DNA of 32,000 bases from Acaryochloris marina S15 (GTDB taxonomy: Bacteria; Cyanobacteriota; Cyanobacteriia; Thermosynechococcales; Thermosynechococcaceae), in assembly GCF_018336915.1 (NCBI RefSeq), contig NZ_CP064923.1, positions 1,380,001-1,412,000 of the forward strand, written 5' to 3'. A program made the translations under genes and the position numbers. The notes beneath the pieces were generated by a model that made no database searches, was not told the origin of the DNA, and worked only from the letters and a program-made list of their open reading frames with translations. Positions within the stretch are counted from its first letter, which is position 1; each line of letters begins with the position of its first letter. Below are positions 15,633 through 23,662 of the stretch, piece by piece.

Positions 15633-18182
15633 ATGAAATCCAAAACTCTCAACACATCTATTTGGTACAGCGTTGTTCTCTCGACTTTGCTATTGAGTCC
15701 TGCGTTTGCCCAGTCTTCTTCATCACCTGCTGTCCCTGTCGTAGATCAGCAAGAGATGCAGCGGCTGTTGGAAGAATTGCAAAAGGAACGAGAAGGCCAA
15801 AAACAAGCCCAGGCAGAGGCGACTCAAGCCGTTAATCAAACCACAACTTTATTTAACTGGTTTTTAGTGGTGCTGGGGTTGATTCTGGCCACTGCCATTG
15901 CAAGTTTGATTCTCCTGCGACGGGCCGTGGTGCATGAGGTCGCAGAGGTGGTGCAAAAACACCTGCGAGAGATGCGGGACTTGAAAGGACATCTGGCGGA
16001 TGCAGCGGATGCTGTAGAGGTGATTCTGCAAAAGGCCGAAGATCTCGATACGGACTTACATCAAGAGTCGGAGCAGTTTCATCAAGACTTAACCAGCAAG
16101 CGCCAGCGGTTGTCAGATATGCTGGCAGAATTTTCCACCAAGCAACAGCAAATCCTCCATAAAATCGAAGGGTCATTGACGGATACGGAAGCTGCGATCG
16201 CAACCTTTGAATCCGATTCAACCGCCAAATTTGCCACCCTAGATACGGAACTGAGAACCGAACAGGAAACGATTCTGGCCCATCTCAAACGCCTCGGTGA
16301 AGAGATTGAACCCCAGTTGTTTACGGTCGAGTCCGATGCCCAGGCTCAAAAAACAGAATTTCTAGACCGTTTGAAGCAGTCCGAGACAGATTTCAAAACC
16401 CAATTGTCCCAACTCTTAAACAAGAGCGAACAGGAGCAGGACAAGATCCTGACACGGGTCGAAAAAATGAGCAATGATTTTGGGCCGCAAATGTCGGCTT
16501 TACAAGCCGTTGCTCAAACGGAGAAAGAAACCTTAATTGGCTATCTTGCCACCTCTAAAGCGGAATATGTCACCCAACTGTCTGACCTTCAGCAAGAGGC
16601 CCGTAAACAGTGGGAACTGATTTTGCAAAATCTCAAACAGCTAGAAAGTGATTTCACCCCCCAGCTTGAGGAGATTGAAGGCCAGCTCCAGGTGAAGGCG
16701 AACGAGAAAAAAGATTCATTCCTCCTGCGTCTCAAACAGGTCGGTACCGAAATTACCCGTCAGCTCACAGAAGCGCAAGAAACCTTCCAATCCCAGGCCA
16801 GTGAGACACTGCAACGGCTCCAGGTACAAGAGTCTGAATTCACGACTCAGCTATTCAACTACAGAACTCAGTTAGATACTGAAAAGACCAATGCCCTAGC
16901 CGATGTTCAGGCCCTGACTGACAATGCCTCTACTCTGCTGGTAGACCTAAAGACAGAGGTGCAAACGACCCAAGAGCAGGCGGTTCAAGACCTCGAAGCG
17001 CTGACCCTACAGGTGTCCAGTCAGCTGGCCGACTTGAAGACGAATTTGCAAGGTTCCCAAGAGCAAACCCAGCAGTCTTTGCAAGCCATAGAAGCGAAAA
17101 CAGAACAGGATCTAGCGACCATTACAACGGATGCCCAAGCTCGCAAAGATCAGATTCTCAAACAGCTAGCAGCCCTATCTCCAGCCCAGCTCGCTGGAGA
17201 CGCCGTGGCAGAAATTGATCAGAAATTGCAGACGGCATTGGGGCCTTTAGAGCGCCTACAGGCCAATCATCCCGATCTATTCCTGGATGTTGCGGACTAT
17301 ATCCGGCAAGGAGACGAGCTACTAGCGAACAGCAATTTCCGCCAGGCCCTCTCTGTCTATAATCAGGCGTTGGAGCTAAAAGCCGATGATCCTCAACTTT
17401 GGTGCCAACGGGCCGAAACCCAGAGCGGGCTAAAGCTGTTTGAAGAAGCTGTCGGCTCCCTAGATAAAGCGATTGAGCTGACCCCAGAGGATCCTAAGCT
17501 TTGGCAACGCCGAGGCCAAGTGTTGAAGGACTTACAGCGATATGAAGGCGCGCTCGGGGCTTTCAAAGAAGCGGCAAAGCTGCAGCCGGAAGAGCCCCAC
17601 AACTGGATGGACTGTGGCACTTTACTAGAGCGTCTCCAGCGCTGGGATGAAGCCCTCTCTACCTATGACCGTGTGATTGCCATTGAACCGAACCATCGCA
17701 ATGCCTGGATGAATCGAGGATTTGTGATGGGCATCCTCCAACGTCATGAAGATGCCTTTGCCTCGTTTGATCATGTCGTTCAACATGAATCTGAGGATGC
17801 TGCTGCCTGGTTGAATCGGGGATTAGCTCTGCAAGTTTTAGAACGCCATGAAGAAGCGTTTGAGTCCTTTGAACATACCGTTAATCATAAGCCTGAAGCC
17901 TATAAAGCCTGGAGCCATCGAGGGTATGCCCTGATCAAGCTAGAACGTGATCGTGATGCTCTGGTTAGCCTCAACAAAGCCCTAGAGATTAATGCGGATT
18001 ACCCCAATGCTTACTATGGCAAAGCAGTCTGCTATGTCCTCCAAGGTGAGACAGCCTTAGGTTTAGAAAATCTAGAGCGGGCCATCAAGCTGAACCCAAG
18101 CTTTCGAGAACAAGCCCGCAGTGATACTCACTTCGTTGATTTTCGTGAGGATGAATGGTTCCGTGAACTGGTCAACCGCTAA
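15633..18182 (+). CDS. membrane-anchored coiled-coil protein with C-terminal TPR repeats
   Basis: 849-aa ORF with GAGGAAG RBS. Signal-like N-terminus (LLLSPAFA-Q), TM LFNWFLVVLGLILATAIASLILL, ~450 aa Q/E/L/T-rich helical region with a 29-residue periodicity, then about 8 TPR-like units (for example FRQALSVYNQALELKADDPQLW, AWMNRGFVMG, AYYGKAVCY). Confidence 0.8.
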   Translation: MKSKTLNTSIWYSVVLSTLLLSPAFAQSSSSPAVPVVDQQEMQRLLEELQKEREGQKQAQAEATQAVNQTTTLFNWFLVVLGLILATAIASLILLRRAVVHEVAEVVQKHLREMRDLKGHLADAADAVEVILQKAEDLDTDLHQESEQFHQDLTSKRQRLSDMLAEFSTKQQQILHKIEGSLTDTEAAIATFESDSTAKFATLDTELRTEQETILAHLKRLGEEIEPQLFTVESDAQAQKTEFLDRLKQSETDFKTQLSQLLNKSEQEQDKILTRVEKMSNDFGPQMSALQAVAQTEKETLIGYLATSKAEYVTQLSDLQQEARKQWELILQNLKQLESDFTPQLEEIEGQLQVKANEKKDSFLLRLKQVGTEITRQLTEAQETFQSQASETLQRLQVQESEFTTQLFNYRTQLDTEKTNALADVQALTDNASTLLVDLKTEVQTTQEQAVQDLEALTLQVSSQLADLKTNLQGSQEQTQQSLQAIEAKTEQDLATITTDAQARKDQILKQLAALSPAQLAGDAVAEIDQKLQTALGPLERLQANHPDLFLDVADYIRQGDELLANSNFRQALSVYNQALELKADDPQLWCQRAETQSGLKLFEEAVGSLDKAIELTPEDPKLWQRRGQVLKDLQRYEGALGAFKEAAKLQPEEPHNWMDCGTLLERLQRWDEALSTYDRVIAIEPNHRNAWMNRGFVMGILQRHEDAFASFDHVVQHESEDAAAWLNRGLALQVLERHEEAFESFEHTVNHKPEAYKAWSHRGYALIKLERDRDALVSLNKALEINADYPNAYYGKAVCYVLQGETALGLENLERAIKLNPSFREQARSDTHFVDFREDEWFRELVNR

Positions 18183-18195
18183 TAAAGCCTTAAAC

Positions 18196-18233
18196 AAAAG
18201 CCCTTCACCAATTGCTCAGTGAAGGGCTTTTGC
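18196..18233. terminator. bidirectional Rho-independent terminator between the convergent TPR gene and ftsH
   Basis: Stem agcccttcac (18199-18208) / gtgaagggct (18219-18228) with a 10-nt loop. It is flanked by A-run and T-run sequence, so either strand reads hairpin plus TTTTG. Confidence 0.7.
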
Positions 18234-18252
18234 TATGGAAGTTCAACTAGGA

Positions 18253-20154
18253 CTAGAGAGCGACAGGCTCCTGTTCATCCGCAGTCTGGACATGGACTTC
18301 AGGATGGACCTTAGCCAGCATCTCCCGGAGACCATCGCCCTCAATCACTTCCTTCTCCAGCAACTGCTCAGAAATCATCTCCAGCAATTCCTTATTTCCC
18401 TTCAGGATAGTCAGCGCTTCCTGGTGAGCCGTCTCCACAATGCCCTTAACTTCCTTATCAATCGCCTTGGCCGTCTCATCACTGACAGCACGGCGAGCAT
18501 TCATCCCCCCACCGAGGAAGTTATTCTGCTGCCCCTTGTCATAAGCTAGAGGACCTAACACCTCACTCATGCCGTAAGACGTCACCATCTGCTCCGCTAG
18601 ATCCGTCGCTCTTTGTAAATCATTAGAAGCACCCGTCGTGATACTACCGAAGATGACCTCCTCTGCAGCCCGTCCACCTAACAGAGTGGCAATCTGACCG
18701 CGCAGCTCAGCCTCATTCAACAAGAACCGATCTTCCGTAGGCACTTGCAACGTGTAACCCAAGGCAGCCATACCGCGAGGAACAATGGAAATCTTCTCCA
18801 CTTGATCTGAACCGGACATCTTGGCCCCGACAAGGGCATGACCGACCTCGTGGTAAGCCACAATCTTCTTCTCCTTCTCATTGAGCACACGGCTCTTCTT
18901 CTCTAGACCAGCCACCACTCGCTCAATCGCTTCAGCAAAGTCTTGAGTCTCCACCACCTTGTTGCCGCGTCGGGCTGCTAGTAGTGCCGCTTCATTCACC
19001 AAGTTGGCTAAGTCAGCCCCGGCAAAACCAGGAGTACGAGTGGCCATAGCCTTAAGGTCAACATTGTCACCGAGCTTCACTTTCTTGGCATAGATTTCCA
19101 AGATAGCCAGACGACCCGTGAGATCAGGACGGTCTACCAGTACTTGACGGTCAAATCGACCGGGACGCAGTAGTGCTGGGTCTAAAGTCTCAGGACGGTT
19201 AGTTGCAGCAAGAACGATAACAGTTGCATCTCCAGCCCCAAACCCATCCATTTCAGTTAGGAGCTGGTTGAGGGTTTGTTCCCGCTCATCATTCCCGCCG
19301 ACAAAACCATTTCCACCAGACCGAGATTTACCAATGGCATCCAATTCGTCAATAAAGATAATGCAAGGCGCTTTCTTCTTAGCTTGTTCAAACAAGTCCC
19401 GGACTCGGGCCGCACCAGTACCAACAAACAGTTCTACAAATTCTGAACCCGAGATACTGAAGAACGCAACCCCAGCTTCACCGGCGACAGCCTTAGCCAT
19501 CAACGTTTTACCCGTTCCCGGAGGACCCACTAGAAGAACACCCTTGGGAATCTTGGCACCAATATCAGTGAAGCGCTTAGGAGACTGGAGGAACTCGACA
19601 ATTTCTTCGAGTTCAGCTTTAGATTCTTCTACACCAGCAACATCATCAAAGGTGACCTTATTGTCATCGCCTTCGACATAGACTTTGGCTTTGTTCTTAG
19701 TCACAGACAGAGCACCTTGGGGACCACCACCGCCCATGCCACCACGACTAAAGAATTGGAAGATGGCGACGAAGATAACGGGGGGAATCACCCAGCTTAG
19801 TAGGGTGGTGAACCAGCGATTGCTTGGAGGAGGCGTGGCTGCGAATTCAACGCCTTTGGATTCGAGGAGCTTGGGGAGTTCTAGGTCAAAGATAGGAGTG
19901 GTTTCTAAAAGCTGAGCTTGTTCAGCTACTCCCTCTTTTAGCTTGTAACGAATTAATTTTTGCCCCACAGACACTCGGGCAACCTGCTCATCTCGGACTT
20001 GTTCAATGAAGAAGCTATAGGGAACCCGTGGCACTCTAGGACCCATGACATAGGGTAAGGCCAAATTTGCAATTAACAAGATTGCAGGTAGAAATAGCAG
20101 CAGACTTGTAATTAGGTTTGGACGGGGACGTTGAGGCTTGTCTTTAATCGGCAT
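18253..20154 (-). CDS. ftsH: ATP-dependent zinc metalloprotease FtsH
   Basis: 633-aa ORF. Two N-terminal TM segments, AAA Walker A GPPGTGKT, Walker [13 protein letters not shown] region, and the Zn motif HEVGHAL. Confidence 0.95.
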   Translation of the reverse strand: MPIKDKPQRPRPNLITSLLLFLPAILLIANLALPYVMGPRVPRVPYSFFIEQVRDEQVARVSVGQKLIRYKLKEGVAEQAQLLETTPIFDLELPKLLESKGVEFAATPPPSNRWFTTLLSWVIPPVIFVAIFQFFSRGGMGGGGPQGALSVTKNKAKVYVEGDDNKVTFDDVAGVEESKAELEEIVEFLQSPKRFTDIGAKIPKGVLLVGPPGTGKTLMAKAVAGEAGVAFFSISGSEFVELFVGTGAARVRDLFEQAKKKAPCIIFIDELDAIGKSRSGGNGFVGGNDEREQTLNQLLTEMDGFGAGDATVIVLAATNRPETLDPALLRPGRFDRQVLVDRPDLTGRLAILEIYAKKVKLGDNVDLKAMATRTPGFAGADLANLVNEAALLAARRGNKVVETQDFAEAIERVVAGLEKKSRVLNEKEKKIVAYHEVGHALVGAKMSGSDQVEKISIVPRGMAALGYTLQVPTEDRFLLNEAELRGQIATLLGGRAAEEVIFGSITTGASNDLQRATDLAEQMVTSYGMSEVLGPLAYDKGQQNNFLGGGMNARRAVSDETAKAIDKEVKGIVETAHQEALTILKGNKELLEMISEQLLEKEVIEGDGLREMLAKVHPEVHVQTADEQEPVAL

Positions 20155-20187
20155 GGTTCGCTCCCTAACTTTTGATAAATCGCTTGT

Positions 20188-20415
20188 TCAGGTGGCTGGA
20201 GAAGCTCCCACTTTATTTGAAGACTCTGTACGTTCTAACCATTCAAATACTTGGTTTAGTTGCTTAAGAGAAACAAAGCCAAACTGCCAAAGAATGATGG
20301 GAAGTTGACTCGAAAGATGATGTTGCTGGCGAATCGCAAGTGCGATCGCATCAGCTGGGATCAACAGCTCGTCTCGCAAGTATCGAATGAGTTTGGTTTG
20401 AGCAGAATAGTTCAT
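20188..20415 (-). CDS. small conserved cyanobacterial protein (DUF2949-like)
   Basis: 75-aa ORF 33 nt upstream of ftsH on the same strand. The pattern LIRYLRDELLIPADAIALAIR...LPIILWQFGFVSLKQLNQVFEWLE matches my recollection of the DUF2949 family. Not verified by HMM. Confidence 0.55.
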   Translation of the reverse strand: MNYSAQTKLIRYLRDELLIPADAIALAIRQQHHLSSQLPIILWQFGFVSLKQLNQVFEWLERTESSNKVGASPAT

Positions 20416-20557
20416 GGTTGAGAGTCGTCAAGGGAGTAAGGCGGAGATTGAATCTCTAAGTTTTGAAGGCAACTTTCTTCATCGTATCGATTTCAGTAAA
20501 AATCCACCTTGGACAATCGAAATATCAATGTTTTAGGCTGGGCGACATTAAATCAGT

Positions 20558-20755
20558 TTAGGCAAGGAGACCTAAGCGCTTGCCATTATCACGGGCAAGA
20601 CGAATCCAGCTTTGGCGCTGAGTCCGTTCAATACCAATTTGATTGCAGAATTTGGTAATGGCTTTTGAATGCAGAGCGATCGCTTTGCCTCTGAGTTTGG
20701 TAAATCGAGGGGTACCAACAGCAGTGCGAGTAAGAACAACGATAGGTGCAAACAT
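20558..20755 (-). CDS. pgr5: PGR5-like protein (cyclic electron flow regulator homologue)
   Basis: I place the start at ATG 20755 (GGAG 8 nt upstream) rather than the track's 20815. The 65-aa product MFAPIVVLTR...FTKLRGKAIALHSKAITKFCNQIGIE...RLARDNGKRLGLLA closely follows the cyanobacterial PGR5-homologue pattern (Ssr2016-like) as I recall it. Confidence 0.7.
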   Translation of the reverse strand: MFAPIVVLTRTAVGTPRFTKLRGKAIALHSKAITKFCNQIGIERTQRQSWIRLARDNGKRLGLLA

Positions 20756-20766
20756 AGTGGACTCCG

Positions 20767-20784
20767 TATGTAACGTTATGTTAA
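20767..20784 (-). promoter_or_regulatory. HLR1-like direct repeat (one mismatch), immediately downstream of a TTGACA-N17-TAGTAT promoter candidate for the PGR5-like gene
   Basis: The minus strand reads TTAACATA-AC-GTTACATA, against the HLR1 consensus (G/T)TTACA(T/A)(T/A)-N2-(G/T)TTACA(T/A)(T/A). Candidate -35 TTGACA at 20810-20815 and -10 TAGTAT at 20787-20792. Confidence 0.45.
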
Positions 20785-21441
20785 CCATACTAATTAAAAT
20801 GTTACGAATTGTCAAGACTGAGTTTGACTTTTAATGAAGTCTCTGAAGTGAAATCTATTTAGCTAAAAAAGAGGCTCCAGTTAAAATAAAGAGAGTTAAA
20901 TAGCTAATTAAGGATTTTTATAAGATATAAATCGTTTATTTAATAATTTTTGCTTTAATTTCAGCTCTATATTTTTTAGAATACAGTCTAATAAGGTGTA
21001 CTAATGCTGTTATTCAAGAATTTTTATAACTCAAATTTGTAAAGTATTTTACAAAAAGCACGGTTAATGTAACGTCATTGTGAACTGAATTGGGGTTGGT
21101 TTGAATCTATTGCGGTCCCGCTGCTAGCAGAAGAGATTAGCTCACAATCGTAAATTACAGGTTTAGGAGTGCAAACGTTTGCTCTACCCCATCTGTTTGT
21201 AGCAGCGTTGAGTGACCTAGCCTCTGAATCATCGAATAAGGCTGGCGAACTGAGAGTGATCCCCCATGAGAAAATTTCCCGTCTAGGCAAAAGCCTATCG
21301 GGATTGGGGCTAATACCAATTAGCACCTAAGAGTGTAATTTTGATTATTTGCTAAGCCAACTCAGTCTTGGATTTCACAAGTTTGAGAGTTACACCTTCA
21401 GGCACAGCTTGGTATAAGACTGGCGGGAGGTGTTCTCGCGA

Positions 21442-22398
21442 TTAAATAGCCATATATTCTTGCAGCATCACTTTTTGCGATCGCAAAATCTTAAAGGCTT
21501 CTCGCTCCACCCGGCGGACCCATTCTCGGCTGACGTTCAGACGTTCTCCCACCTTGGCTAAGGTCAGTGGATTTTGGTCAATCAAGCCGTATCGCAACGT
21601 AATCACTTCCCGTTGTTGGGGGCTAAGATCCTGTAACAGCTTCGTTAAATCAGACCGTAGCGAAGAGGCCGTGGCATATTTATCTGGAGATTCATTCGGA
21701 TCTTCCAGCAATTCCCACAGTTCTGTATTTTGCTGGTCACCAATCTGAATATCTAAGGAAATGGAGCGGCGAGCGTAGCTGAGGTAGTCCTCAATTTTTT
21801 TAGGGGGCAGATCCATCTCTGCTGCCAGCTCCGCCACAGTGGGGTCGCGATGTAGTGTTTGAGACAGTTCGCGTCTTACCTTGCGCAGTTTACTGAGCTT
21901 TTCATTGATATGAATAGGGAGGCGAATGGTTCGTTCTTGTTCTGCGATCGCACGGGTCATGGCTTGGCGAATCCACCAGTAAGCATAAGTAGAAAAGCGA
22001 TAGCCTTTCATCGGGTCAAATTTCTCGACACCTCGTTGGAGGCCAATTGTACCCTCTTGAATTAAATCCAAAAATTCAACTTTAGCTTTGTTGTACTTCT
22101 TGGCAATCGAGACCACCAGGCGCAAATTAGATTCCACCATTTTGCGATTGGCTTTTCGGCCTAACTTCAGCTCTTTCTGGAGTTGTGAGACCGATATCTC
22201 AGCTTTGTCCGCCCATTCTGCCTGTGTGGGTTCTCGATCTAAGTGCTCTTGGAGGCCCTGTTTGAGATCTTGCAAAGTCATAAAACGTTGTACCTGTTTG
22301 CCAAAGATGATTTCCTCTTCGTGATTCAACAGAGGAAACCGACCTATCTCTCGTAGATAGGTCGTAATGGAATCTTTGCTAACAGATGAATTGTTCAT
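21442..22398 (-). CDS. group 2 sigma-70 family RNA polymerase sigma factor
   Basis: 318-aa ORF. TYLREIGRFPLLNHEEEIIFGKQVQ (region 1.2), NLRLVVSIAKKY / DLIQEGTIGLQRGVEKFDPMKGYRFSTYAYWWIRQA (regions 2.1-2.4), and LTLAKVGERLNVSREWVRRVE (region 4.2 HTH). Confidence 0.92.
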   Translation of the reverse strand: MNNSSVSKDSITTYLREIGRFPLLNHEEEIIFGKQVQRFMTLQDLKQGLQEHLDREPTQAEWADKAEISVSQLQKELKLGRKANRKMVESNLRLVVSIAKKYNKAKVEFLDLIQEGTIGLQRGVEKFDPMKGYRFSTYAYWWIRQAMTRAIAEQERTIRLPIHINEKLSKLRKVRRELSQTLHRDPTVAELAAEMDLPPKKIEDYLSYARRSISLDIQIGDQQNTELWELLEDPNESPDKYATASSLRSDLTKLLQDLSPQQREVITLRYGLIDQNPLTLAKVGERLNVSREWVRRVEREAFKILRSQKVMLQEYMAI

Positions 22399-22423
22399 GT
22401 CTACGGAGAGTTGAGATTATTGG

Positions 22424-22452
22424 ATATAAAAGACCCCAGCGTAAAGCTGGGG
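22424..22452 (-). terminator. Rho-independent terminator after the first Hlip gene, about 25 nt upstream of the sigma factor start codon
   Basis: The minus strand reads CCCCAGC-TTTAC-GCTGGGG followed by TCTTTTATAT. Confidence 0.65.
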
Positions 22453-22519
22453 CTAATAGACAAGGAAGAAGAGAATATTGGGGGTAGCTATATATTTCGC
22501 AAGCTACCCAAGCTGACAT

Positions 22520-22672
22520 TTAGAAATTTAGTAAAGCTGCAACTTGACCGACAATCCCTTGACCAGTCATGACTTCAGTCACGATGGCTAGGAAGAAGCC
22601 CATCATTGCTAGACGACCACCAAAAGTCTCTGCAAAGTCGGTGAAGCCCCAGATTGGATTTTGTGTACTCAT
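22520..22672 (-). CDS. hli: high-light-inducible protein (Hlip, one-helix CAB/ELIP/HLIP family)
   Basis: Start trimmed to ATG 22672 (GGAG upstream). The 50-aa product MSTQNPIWGFTDFAETFGGRLAMMGFFLAIVTEVMTGQGIVGQV carries the Hlip signature ExxxGRxAMxGF plus a single TM helix. Confidence 0.85.
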   Translation of the reverse strand: MSTQNPIWGFTDFAETFGGRLAMMGFFLAIVTEVMTGQGIVGQVAALLNF

Positions 22673-22701
22673 GTCGTTTGACTCCGTAATCGAAATAACC
22701 T

Positions 22702-22719
22702 TATGTAAATAAATGTAAC
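22702..22719 (-). promoter_or_regulatory. perfect HLR1 (RpaB-type) direct repeat in the promoter of the first Hlip gene
   Basis: The minus strand reads GTTACATT-TA-TTTACATA. TTGACA (22736-22741) lies 18 nt upstream of TACATT, so HLR1 overlaps the putative -10 region. Confidence 0.7.
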
Positions 22720-22825
22720 TGCTCTTGTAACGATTTGTCAAGCATTTGTGTAATCTTTTTTCAACCGTTCTCTAGATATGGGTGAAGTAAATACATTGCT
22801 CCAGTTTGCATTGCATTTTGTAGAT

Positions 22826-22852
22826 AATAAAAAACCCAGCGCAATGGCTGGG
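22826..22852 (-). terminator. Rho-independent terminator for the upstream two-gene Hlip transcript
   Basis: The minus strand reads CCCAGC-CATTGC-GCTGGG followed by TTTTTTATTATC. Confidence 0.65.
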
Positions 22853-23020
22853 CCTGGATGAGAGTGATAACACTAATAACTAAATATGATTAGAGAACTC
22901 ATAACCGATTTACGGATAGAATTCTTCATTACGTAATCAAGGTCGCGGTAACCTTAATCTTTACTGCTTGCCCAGCTAAAGTGAGAGGAGAGACAAACAC
23001 TAGCGGGTGGAAAGAATTTC

Positions 23021-23170
23021 TTAGAAGCTAAACCAAGCGATGAGCTGGCCCAGAATACCTTGACCTGTCAAGGCTTCAGTGATGATGGCTAGAGTAAAGC
23101 CAATCATAGCGAGGCGACCATTCCAGGTTTCGGAAAAGACGCTAAAACCAGAAGAAGGTTGAGTATTCAT
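23021..23170 (-). CDS. hli: high-light-inducible protein (Hlip); not in the supplied ORF track (49 aa)
   Basis: Hand translation gives MNTQPSSGFSVFSETWNGRLAMIGFTLAIITEALTGQGILGQLIAWFSF*. AGGAG lies 9 nt upstream of the ATG. Canonical ETWNGRLAMIGF motif. Confidence 0.85.
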   Translation of the reverse strand: MNTQPSSGFSVFSETWNGRLAMIGFTLAIITEALTGQGILGQLIAWFSF

Positions 23171-23233
23171 TGTGATTTAATCTCCTAAATAGTCAGCTTG
23201 TAATTCATAAAAGGTCGAGAGCAAAATAGCGGC

Positions 23234-23377
23234 TTACATCAAGCCCCAGAAATGCAAAACGCCTTTACCTGTGACTAGCTCAATTACGATGGCGGCATAG
23301 AAACCAACCATGGCTAAACGGCCACTCCAAGCTTCAGCAAAGGGATTAAATCCGAAGAAATTATTAGAGGTATTCAT
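23234..23377 (-). CDS. hli: high-light-inducible protein (Hlip); not in the supplied ORF track (47 aa)
   Basis: Hand translation gives [51 protein letters not shown] upstream. Its stop is 63 nt from the next Hlip start, so co-transcription is likely. Confidence 0.85.
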   Translation of the reverse strand: MNTSNNFFGFNPFAEAWSGRLAMVGFYAAIVIELVTGKGVLHFWGLM

Positions 23378-23415
23378 GTGTGTGGACTCCGTGGAACTCA
23401 TGTGTGTTGTAACCT

Positions 23416-23433
23416 TATGTAAATTAATGTAAC
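23416..23433 (-). promoter_or_regulatory. perfect HLR1 (RpaB-type) direct repeat in the promoter of the distal Hlip gene
   Basis: The minus strand reads GTTACATT-AA-TTTACATA, followed after AG by a third near-repeat GTTACAAC. TTGACA (23449-23454) lies 17 nt upstream of TACATT. Confidence 0.7.
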
Positions 23434-23662
23434 AGCAACATAAAGAAATGTCAACGAAAATCTCTAGTTTTTAGGGTGCGATCGTCTTCGAGCTGCTGTA
23501 ATTCTTTACAGGCTTAGTTTTTAGCTGCTTTATGAATGCTTGACTAGCCGTTGTCGATCATTATCAAGCGAGAGATCGAGACAGGCTTTCTCCACACAGA
23601 TCTAGAAAATGCCTCACCGTGTTCCAAATATCAATCGCTATGGGGCTGTCGGCTAACGAAGC

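Noticed and set aside
20756-20815. N-terminal 20-aa extension of the PGR5-like ORF, and the analogous 23-aa extension of the first Hlip ORF (22673-22741)
   Set aside because: The extensions would run through the HLR1 and -10 promoter elements. Internal ATGs with GGAG RBSs give products matching the family lengths.
21075-21326. 83-aa minus-strand ORF in the sigma/PGR5 intergenic gap
   Set aside because: It has no RBS and no recognisable motifs, and the composition does not look like coding sequence. I treat it as non-coding (see the finding on this gap).
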